A DNA stretch of 64,000 nt from Klebsormidium nitens (Eukaryota; Plantae; Klebsormidiophyceae). Every line of letters begins with the position of its first letter. Positions within the stretch are counted from its first letter, which is position 1. A model generated the notes under the pieces. That model was given only the letters and a program-made list of their open reading frames with translations. It had not been told where the DNA came from and ran no database searches. The stretch spans positions 1 through 64,000 of the forward strand of contig DF237257.1 in assembly GCA_000708835.1 (NCBI GenBank), in the 5' to 3' direction. A program made the position numbers and the translations under genes. Below are positions 48,671-58,697 of this stretch, one piece after another.

Positions 48671-49245
48671 ATTAGAGGTAAGCACATACCATCATTTCAA
48701 GCCAATATATCAAAGTGCCGGTGCCAGCATGTGCATGATCGTCACAAGCCTGTATGCAGCGTTGAAGTAACACTTGTGCTGGGCAGCGGCAAGAACGATC
48801 GAGCAGGTATTTCGAACAGGTGACGGAAGTGCTTGCCCAATGAATGTTTCAACATGCATGCCACCCACATACGTACCTTCATAGTGTAACGAAAGTTGAA
48901 TGCACGCGAGGCAAGAACTTACGGAGCATAATCGATGGTCAGGAAAGACTGCGTACCTTTGACAAGAGACTCGATTGTGTGAGTACACAAACATCTCATG
49001 CAGGAACTTCCAATGTGATTTGCGCGATTGCCAAGCCAACCAAGTTGTGCATTGAGGGTTTCGTGGTCATTCTACGTAATGCAGATCAATTGGTTGATAT
49101 CCGTCCGGTTGTAGATTACCGTACTTACCGCATCTATTAGCTCGCTAGTATCAAACCAGTACGACTAGACAGACTCTCGTCAAGACGTGCAATCAGTAGT
49201 AAGTACTCTGGCTAGCGGCTCTCCACCTTCGTCCTTGGCGTCAGA

Positions 49246-52200
49246 TCAGGCGTCGGCGTAATCCACGCCCGCCTGGCTTTGATGGCTACTACCCTCTACA
49301 CCATTCCACGTTGGCAGCGGTCCACCGTCGCTGCCGACCTCCAACCCCTGGAGCCCCTCCAGAGCTTCCCTCGAAGATATTGCCCGGTCCAGGAGCACTT
49401 CCCAATTTCTTCTGCGTTCCGTTTCCGTCGAAACTGCTACCTCCCCATCGGAACAGCCCTCTTGCTCCTTCTCGCTGGTCCTCGGCCTATGCCTGACAAA
49501 CGGATTGTTGCGCCAGGCCTCAGCCTCGAGCCCGGGTTCGACCGAAACCCCATCCCTACGACCGCCCGCCGTTACTTGCTCGAGCTGCGACTCCGCCGAT
49601 GCACTTCCTGCCCGCAAATCGTCCGTACTGCCCTTCCGGTCGCGCCCGCGTCCAAAGAACCGGCCCTCGCCCCGAAGCCGGCTCTTCAACTCCACTCCAA
49701 GCGGGTTAACGCTAACCCCCACACCCCCCTTGCGAACGTTCCCGAGTGTCGTCCGGCCCAGCGCACACGCGCCGTCCTTCCCCTCACCGACGCTCACTTT
49801 CGCGACCCGCTCCATGAAGCACGGCGACCGCGCGAGGGCCCGCGCCTGGTTCCGGTCGCCGTTCCGGATGTTCTCTTTGTCGGTATCGGGGATGTTGTCG
49901 AAACCGCTCAGAGGACTCTGCTCCGCATTGCGAAAACGACGGATCTCTCCCGGGCTGCCGGCCGGCGTTGACGTGGCAGTCGCTGATTCGACCAGCGCCA
50001 AAAGCGCGGGTAACGCAACTGCCGGGCATTCTCTACCGACCGCGGTTCCTGAACTTCCGTTGGCGCTAAGTGGCCCCACCTCATTCCATACTCCTGCCCG
50101 TAGATCAGGCGTTGTCGCTCTGGCCTTGACAATCACCAATCGCACCCCTTGGCTGGCAGCTTTTGCAGACGCCCGTTCTTTCGGCCCCGACGAATCTGCT
50201 TTTCCTAGAGCCGACGCGCTTTCCGCACTCACTGTTTCTTCAGAAGGAACGCCGTCCAAGCTGCCCCCCTCGCTGGTTCCTGTCGGGTCACTTGTCAATG
50301 CCCCTTCCGCGCTTTCTTCCGTCTCCGTTCCGGGTCGACTTCCAGAGCGCATCAGGCCCTCAGCACCGTCCGTTTCCTCAGCCATTGCTTCAGATTCAGG
50401 CAAACTACTCTTAGTCGAACTCTCCGCTTCAGCTGGCTTTGGCCTACTCAGTGCACTAGCCTCCTGATCTCTGCCCGCATATCGTCTGCCCAACCCCTCA
50501 ATCTCTTCAGCTTCCTTGGCCCGTCCGTTAATCCCTTCTCTTAAGACTTCGTCAGGCCGACCCGACAGTCTCAGAACCGCACGGACACCCCTCGCCCCTC
50601 GTCTGGAGCCGCTAAAATTGGGAACTTCGTTCGGCCCGGGAACATCGTCCGGCCCGGTTGAGGCGACCACCTCCTCGCGAGCTAAGGCCTCGCCAGAGCT
50701 CCGCTCGAGAAGTGCATCACTCTCTTCGTTGCCCGCTTGTGATGTTTCGTCTTTCAAACCCTCGTTCCCAATACCTCCCTGCACATCTGCCTCTACCACG
50801 CCCCTAGTTTTTCCAGGCTCGTCGATCTCGGCCGGCGGCCGTTCTGAGGGGCCCCCGCTCTCCCCCTCGAGCGCAATCACACCCTCCCGGACCTCGGGGG
50901 ATCCCTCCGACGCCTCCACGAACTCCTCGTCGCTCTCCGCCGGGCTGTCCGCGCCCGTGTTCGCGCTGACGTCATCCCGCTCCGGCAGCGCGACCGACAG
51001 CTGCTCCAGCACCTGCGCCTCTGCCGCCGGCGCGCACTCGGACTGCTCTCCTCCCGCCACCCCCTCCTGCCGTTCTCGCAACCGCTTGCCGGTCCCCGCC
51101 ACTTTCTTCCTTCCCCCCCCGGCTTTCTGACGCGACACCCGCTTCTGAACCAGCGCCGCCGCTTCGTTCCGACCGCGGGAAACGGGCTCCTCTCCCTCGC
51201 CAGCGCGCCGCCCCTCCCTGCTCACGTCACGCCCCTCGCCGCTGACGTCACGCCTCCCGCTGCTGACGTCACGGTCGTCCCACCCGCTGGTGCCCGCCCT
51301 GGATCCCTTGCCTGGGGCGCTCTCTGCCCCGTCCCCGCTGCCAGGTGTCGCGTCCCGGTTGGCCGGCATCTTGCGGCGGCGCTTCCACCAGAGGGTGTCA
51401 GCAATCGCGCGCCGGAGCACGTCCACCTGTTTTAGGGCGTCCGACTTTTCGCTGTCGATGACGACCAGGGCGCGCCGCAGGTCCTGGCACTGCTGGGCGT
51501 ACCTGCGAGATTTAGGATTTGCTTTAGGAACGTCAACCAAATATGGATCCAAGTACGACTCTTTGCTGGGCAATGGACGAATGTTCACCAGCGGCTTCCC
51601 GCACAGGATTACCGTGGCATACGGGCTGTATTTTAAAGATCAACAGCTTTGACGGGCTAAGTTCGCCATGACTCCGACGAGGAAGCCGCACACCAATTGA
51701 TTTGTCATCAACGAGTCTGCAAGAGCCGGCCAGCACAATCGGCGGATTCTCGGGTATCAACCCTCGAAAGCAGACTCTCAGACGATGCTTCAAGAAAACG
51801 TTTGTGCGCACATGTATGCCAGAAGCTTGTAAGGAAGGATATAAGCAATAGCTGCAAAACAGTGCTGAAGCCTCACGTGGGCGCTCTGACGTGGAAGCGT
51901 AGGGTGATGACGTCCTCTTCTGGGAGCAAGTAGCCCTCTTCCTTGAGTACCTCCAGTCGGAAGAACCGGTTGTAGCCCCAGCACTCGCCGACCTGCGGGT
52001 TTAGAGTTGGTTAGGGAAACCGCCGCTAACCATTTCAGTTGGTTAGGAAAACCGCCGCTAATCATTTTGGATTGCGTTTCGCCTTTCAGACTCGTGCACT
52101 CGTGATACAAGAAGCGGCGGCTCGTTGCGACTTTGCTTAAGAATGCGCTCCGTCCTCTTTAAGCTCCTTAATTCTCTATGAAAAGGCAGAATGTGTCAAA

Positions 52201-55200
52201 GTTCAACCCGTGCCTGAAAGTGCCAAAGTTCAACCCGTGCCTGAAAGTGCCTACATTTAAAGAACTGCCGTTTTCTAAACCTGCAATTTTCCTTAATAAG
52301 ATGACCGAAACCAGAGGAAAGAGTCCGGTGATGAGCTCTCACCTCAAAGACGGACGCGAACTCTCGTATCACTGACTGGGTGGGGCGAGTGCGATGCAGC
52401 ATCTCGATCTTGTACTCGTACTTGGCCGGTTCCGAGCCTCCTTGAACCATCTGCAGCAAGAACAGGACTGCAATATCATCCGGAAACGTAAACCGGGCGG
52501 TCTTAGTGGTCCCCGACGGACAGAATCACGCCGTCAGTGGAAGTTCACGCCTGCAAACCGATGCGAAAGGCAAATTTGCATGTTCGAAGTTCGAGCTTTG
52601 AGAAGGGGCCGAGAGGGGGCCGCAGCGGACTGCGGCCGAAAACTGCTTGTGCACAGATGGAGTCGCAACGAAAAGGTACGCTTCTGAACTTCTTCTTGAC
52701 GTCCTTGATCTACTTTTGATTTGACGTGTTCATAAAAGTAGATCTGACGTATTCAAAATTCCGCTTCCGGCTGCTCTCACCTCCAGAAAGACGGACAAGT
52801 AAGAGCCAGCTGCCACTCCGTTTCCGTTCGGGTAGACCTTGAGCCGCCACACGATCCCGGCAGCTTGGATTGGCTGAAAGCAGAGGAGCCCCGTTGTCAG
52901 GGTCTAAGGCCACAGAAATTCGGCATCAATCCTTTCGTACGCACTTTCATACCGGGTTCAGACGACGGTCGGAGCTTGCTCGTCAAGAGCAGTAATGGCC
53001 GACTTCTAACAACAGCTGCGCTTGACTTCCAATGGTTCCCTATGGAGTTCCGGCCCAAGTTGCCAAAACTGAAAGTCGTTAACTGGGCTCTGACCGTTCG
53101 TTGCAACTCTGGTCCCAACAAACTCGGCAGCTGGGCTCCCTGCGCAATTGCGCCCACTACATGCGCCAACCGGAACAAACCGAGCATTGAGCAAAGTCAA
53201 TCACCTGACTGTACACAACGCCCGCCCCGTCAGACGCGTCTTCCGACGGATTCACCGCCGCGTTGCTCCCGTGCTGCGGCTCCACCGTCCGGACGGATGT
53301 GACGCCCCTGGGGCTCGGAGCGGGGACCCCCGCGGCGGACGTCCGTCGCAGCACTCGCTCAAAATCGTGCAGGACAAACTCGCCTTGGTCGTACGGAGGA
53401 ACGACCTGTAAGAGGAAGATTTTTGTGTTTGGATTCGGAGTTAAGAAGGTAACATTCTCTAGAAGGATCCTCACTGACCGAGTCCACAACGTTAGAAAGG
53501 ACCCTTAGGAGCCGAAGATGGGCGACATTCGGTCGAAGGGGCATGTGGATCGTAAGAGAATTTGATAGTTTCAGGGAATGAGAGGGCCTGATGCCTTACG
53601 GAGTGGAAGCGCGCCGCTCGTTCCGATAAGAAGTCGCGAACAGCTGCGAAATTGGAGGATCTTGGCGCCAGATAGCTCGAGCAAGCGCTCTCGGGCAGAG
53701 TGAAAAGGATCATTGAGAGGTGGCATCCTCGCTGGTGCACGCATCTTTAAGCTGAAGAGGAAGCAGGCACCTTAGCATCGAAGTACGCTGAGAATGCTTA
53801 GACGCACCAGAGACCGCGAATCCTGATGCACGCTTACGGGCTTACCTCCGAGATGAAGTCCGCAGGCACGGGCGTCCGGTTGACGTCCGAGGTCGGTCGC
53901 TGCTGGACTTCTTGAAGCATGCTGCAGATACTCGCGCTTCGCCCGACGAGCTCGCCCTTGGGGACCGTGTCCAGCTGGGCGTTCAGGTCGTGCATCATGG
54001 TGTCCAGGCCCTCGATCTGCGGGTTAATGGCTAAACGTGAGATTTTGGATACCAGATAACCATGCCTTTTCTGGGGGACCGTATTGAGCTGGGCGTTCAG
54101 GCCGTGCATCATGGTGTCGAGGCCCTCGATCTGCGGATCAAGAGGCTAATCGTAAGGTTCTGGACGTTTTTGAAGGATCGATTAAGAATGGGACTTCGGC
54201 TCCCTTTTATCCGCTTCTGAAGTTGGCTTCGAACCGTCGCATGAGGTGTCCGGGCCCTCGATCTGCGGGTTACGAGGCTATAACGTGAGCTCTTTAAAAG
54301 ACAAACATTTTATGTTGGGTTCACATTCCTTGTATCTACTTCTGGAGAATAAGACAACCGTCTTATCTTACACCTTATTTTTTGGTTAAGAGATCTTTCT
54401 AAGGATTGCTTGAGGATGATAGCCGGTTTTGGTTTTGGATGAAACATCGAGGCCCTCCGTCTGATATAAGCAGTCTCCGTACGATATTAAAAACGAACTG
54501 AGAGCGAGAGAGGCGAACAACAGGAAGACTCCGATTGCCAGCTCACCTCCTGTGTCATCGAACCTTTCTGAGCGAGTAAAGTGAGCAGCTTCGACTTCAA
54601 CTGTTGTTCCAAGCGCGCCTGCGGACAAAGCCAGCACGTTAGATATAGCTTCTCCGCAGACACAGTCAGACAAACGGATATTGCACCAGAGCTGCATCTC
54701 TTTGACGAGCGCAAAAGCGGCGAGGCCAAGAGATTGACGAGGGGATGGGCATCCTTCCGCATTGGTGCGTTCCGTACTTCATCAAAAAGCAGCGAGATGT
54801 TAAAGAGGCACGAGGTCAAGACAGGCGTGCCTGCATGCCCTCAAACGCCAGCTGCAGCTCCATGCCCGCCTCGTCCTTTGCCTGAAAGCGTGGAGACTTG
54901 CATTAGCCTGATCGTAAGCGGGGAACTGTCGACACCTCAACACAGCCGCCAATACGCCTCTGAAGAGCTGCCGAACGTATCCCAATCTGGCCGAATGAGC
55001 ACGCCGGGACATTGATCAACTCTTTCCACAGAGAGGAACCGTTCCGTCAAAGCCGCCGTCGTTTGGAACGTTTTGCAACACTTGGTGCGGGAAGTGGTGG
55101 CTCCAAGCACTCGGACAGTTCGTTGCACCGGGTCGGACAGGTCACTCGGGCAAATAGGGACGAACAAAGCAACGGCATTGTTAGAATGATAGTGTAGCCG

Positions 55201-57761
55201 TCCGAAGCCCGTCCGTACCTTGTGCACCCTTTCGATGTTCTTGTCCTTTTCGGACACCAGCGCACACAGGTCCTTCAAGCGCCGCCGCAGGCCGACGGCT
55301 TCACTGCGGATTGTTTCCACGTGGCGCTCGTATACGGCGGACAGGCGTTCAAAGGAGTGGCCCCGATGTCCCTGGGAGGAGAAAGAAAAGCACTTCGTAA
55401 CGTGACCTGAGAAAGTGTTGGCCTGTGATTTGCTGGACTTCGTGCTCTAGGCAGAAATGTCAAATATGGAGCGAGATATTTATGGACGTCAACACAGCGA
55501 CTGATTAAACTCGCAAGCAAAGAACAGATTTTGGTTGTTTGTTGGAGAGCTGGAGAAGTCATTTGATCCATCTTAAGGCATATCACGTCAAGATATGGTC
55601 GGAGGGGGCAGCCTCCCCTGAACTTCTGTACTGATCTTAAGCCTGGTCCCCCAGCAGATTTCTAACTCATCTTTGACGAGCAGATTCCAAGGAAGGTGTA
55701 GAAAGATAACCTCGACTGAGGACCAGCTAAGAGTTTGTTCCGGAGAGAGTCCGCTTTCGAGCAGCCGCTTGGTTGTTCTAACCAACTGGCAAACGGTGAA
55801 AACTCAACCTACCTCGCCAAATACTGCACAATCGGAGCACACCGCCTCTGTACACGTGTTGCAGTAGTAGGACATGGGGCTATTGTGCAGCGAACAGGCC
55901 TGCAGACAAACAAAGCTTTATCTCGGAATCTTCCTTTCAAATGGCTGAATTCCGATGGAAAGTAGAAGGACTCTGTCAGCGGACAAAAGGTGGCGTGTGC
56001 GGAGTTGTCCAGCTTTGCAGTGAGATGACCTTGTTGTTTCTTGACCATGGTAGAATCGCCTGTGCATGGATAATTCAGCTGATCTTTGCAGTCGACGTTC
56101 AAGTGCAACGCTGGTATGCGAAGCTTCCGTCTCTGCGAGTGAAAGCTCCACTCGTGTTGTTTTCCGGGCCAATTTTGTCTCCAGGTAGGGGTTCATAAGG
56201 AAGGCTTACCTTCTCTTGCACCTCTGCCGCTCCGGTCCTCTGCAGCTTCTCTAGTTCCTGCAAAGGCGAGACCCGCTGATGATAGGTACTATCGAAGGAT
56301 TTGGCGACATGCAATTTAGCAAATTTTGATTGTGCCTGCACTTGAGCTTGGTCACTTGAGAGACCCTCAGATTCTAGCTTCCAGAAATCAGAGGACTCAA
56401 CATTGATCAGCACTCTGTACCAAAGGATGATACATCGCAGTATTGCGTAGGAAAAGACAGACTGCTGCTTACAGTTGAGAGGTCAGCAATGAAGCGACAA
56501 TTGACTAGCTGGGAAACTCGCAGTGAGGCTCGGCAGTGGGGACATTGGGGCCGCTGGTCCATCAACCACCTCTGCAACAAACGGGGTACGGAAATCTGAA
56601 TAATATATTCACTACCAGGGAGAGAATTGTTGTGTCAAACCAGATTGCAGATGGTGCGCACCAGATGGACCTTGCAGCTGATGGATACACAGCTGAGGAA
56701 CTACAGTACATGGTGCTTGACACTGGCGTGCACTGAAATGAGCAACGGCGCAGCCGACATCCGTGTCTTATCCGTCTCTTAAAATATGATCACAAGCAAG
56801 CTTCATTTTCCAAGTTGTAGATGCATCGGTTGTTGAACCATCCTTCAATTGTCTGCAAGCAACTCAACATTCTAACACAAATGCGCTCTGGCATAATGTA
56901 GACCTATTATAAAGCATTTCTCACAGGCCCTTTGCCCCAGCCTACCTTGATGCACCGGAGGCAGCAGATTTTTGAGCAGCAAGGGCACAGCTGGGCTTCC
57001 ACCACCTGCAAGCCATCACACAAACCCGTCATAAACCCTTTAGAAGCTGGCCAGGAAACCTTCAGCCTTGACTGTAACCCTATCGTTGCTGTACTTTGAC
57101 CTTGGTCCACACGGCTAGTGTAGTCTGAGACCTGCCTCTTCTCTCTTGTTGTCTTTCCAATTATTGTTCAACATCAGATACTGAGCATGCAAAGGAGGGC
57201 AGCATTTGGATGAATCTTCCCAGGTGGGGTTTATCACAGTACACTTCATCGCAGAGAGCTCTGGTCATGTTTGTTGCGGGCAGAATTACGCCAAGAGGTC
57301 GTCATAGTCAGAAAATGAAGTTCAGCAAAAATGCACAATCCTCCTTGCCAGCTCAATTCCAAAGAGCACAAAGAATCCAGGGGTCTGAGAAGGTGCCTCA
57401 CCTTTCCGAGACATATGAAACACCTGAAGATTTCAGCAATGGCTGACGATTGCGCGTCCGTGGGTGCGTCAGAGTCCTCTCCATCCTCAGGTCCACTGTC
57501 ATCTATAAAGTCATCATCAGTCTGAGGGCAATCCGCTGCATCAAAGAAGGCTAATCCTTGACTGTGATGGTCCCTCATGGGTGACCCTACATACGATGCC
57601 AACATTTCGGGCGAGTCAAAGCTAGGGGCTGGGTTCTCATTGTGGTGTCGGTGGTGCAACGGCAGTTCGTCGATCTCTGACCCCGATTCGTCACCAGCTA
57701 AACTCCCTGAGGGGGACGAGAAGTCCTCGGCGTCTTGGTCTAACCACTCCATCGCAAACAT
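49246..57761 (-). CDS. TRIM37: TRIM37-like E3 ubiquitin ligase (RING, B-box, coiled coil, MATH, long disordered tail), 14 exons
   Basis: Exons (minus): 57761-57402, 57005-56946, 56571-56473, 56257-56210, 55899-55813, 55371-55219, 54881-54831, 54618-54547, 54016-53846, 53405-53205, 52873-52781, 52450-52343, 51992-51877, 51502-49246. [48 protein letters not shown]; B-box [21 protein letters not shown]; [13 protein letters not shown]; [10 protein letters not shown]; [52 protein letters not shown]. Confidence 0.92.
52005..52068 (-). repeat. 32-nt tandem duplication of the branch-point region before TRIM37 exon 13
   Basis: agttggttagggaaaccgccgctaaccatttc then agttggttaggaaaaccgccgctaatcatttt. 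The minus strand of each copy carries CCTAAC, and the repeat lies 11 nt from the acceptor at 51993. Confidence 0.85.
52197..52250. repeat. Perfect 27-nt tandem duplication in TRIM37 intron 12
   Basis: caaagttcaacccgtgcctgaaagtgc x2. The minus strand reads gcactttcag|gcacggg, which is acceptor-like. Confidence 0.9.
54074..54470 (-). repeat. Three intronic copies of the acceptor and 5' end of TRIM37 exon 9
   Basis: True cgcag|atcgagggcctggacaccatgatgcacgac (54016). Copies cgcag|atcgagggcctcgacaccatgatgcacggc (54130), cgcag|atcgagggcccggacacctcatg (54262) and atcag|acggagggcctcgat (54460). Confidence 0.9.
54619..54830 (-). other. GC-AG intron in TRIM37
   Basis: Exon 7 [17 protein letters not shown] ends CAG|GCACGC. 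Exon 8 ARLEQQLK begins after tccgcag. No in-phase GT donor preserves the TRIM37 alignment. Confidence 0.7.
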
Positions 57762-58697
57762 ACAGCGTCAGCAGCTTCCAGCTTGGCGTGTCTCTGACTA
57801 CAAATCAGGAACTCTCCTGAGCAGGGGACCGCATTTTACAGTAGCATCATAAACGGCTGCACAGTGCAATCTGCTGGCGAGCCTGCAGGGAGCCCTTGTT
57901 ACAACTTCAAGCTTTCCAGCTAGCAGGAACTTCGACAAGGGAGCCCTAATATAGGAGTATTTGACAGCTTCCTTTCCCAATCCAGGCGAGCTGCATGTCA
58001 TTGTTGTGCTATTTATCTGGCTCTGTGTGTTGGAACAGTAGAGGGCAATTGTCTATCGTACCCTTCTGTTTACCCATGTAGATTCCGGTGTAACGTACCG
58101 AGTTTTGTCGAAAGAATTTGGTTTAACCGGGCTTTCCAGGTTCCCTCATCCCCCCTCATGCTGGCTTGAAAACGCAAACGTGTTCCACGAATATTCAGAA
58201 ATGTTCGACATTCGAAAAAGGTTTCATAGCTACGGTCCAACAGCAGAGTCCAATGATCGCCTGCAGGTTCGCCCAGGAGGAATCATGGTCCTCGATTCTG
58301 AAGGAGACATTGAATGCAGCAGGGCTCCTCATGAACATTGTGACGCTCAATTTCGCAACCTGTATAAGCGTTGGCGCCGCATACATGCTTCTGATGGCTG
58401 CAAAAGATGTCTTTACTGAGCCGTTGGCCCAGCTAAAAGGAGAGCTAGCTGGCAAGAGCACGTTGAAAATTAGGGTTTGGGAAACATCGAAGTTGCAGAT
58501 GCTAGTGAGCTTTAGTCGTGAGCATCAGACGTAGCTTAGAAGAACCACCGCTGGCATCAACTCGGAAGGGGCCCGTGAAAGTGAGAGCATCTGTCTTTCG
58601 CATCTAGCAGCATCTCTTGCATAGGCTTAAAGGGATTGCAGCTCCTTTAGCATCTCCCACAGAATACACCCAATCTTTTGCTGAGAGGGTGTTCAAC

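Noticed and set aside
49279-51652. Long plus-strand ORFs (49279..49971, 49505..50467, 50516..51130)
   Set aside because: Antisense shadows of the GC-rich last TRIM37 exon, with no recognisable domain.
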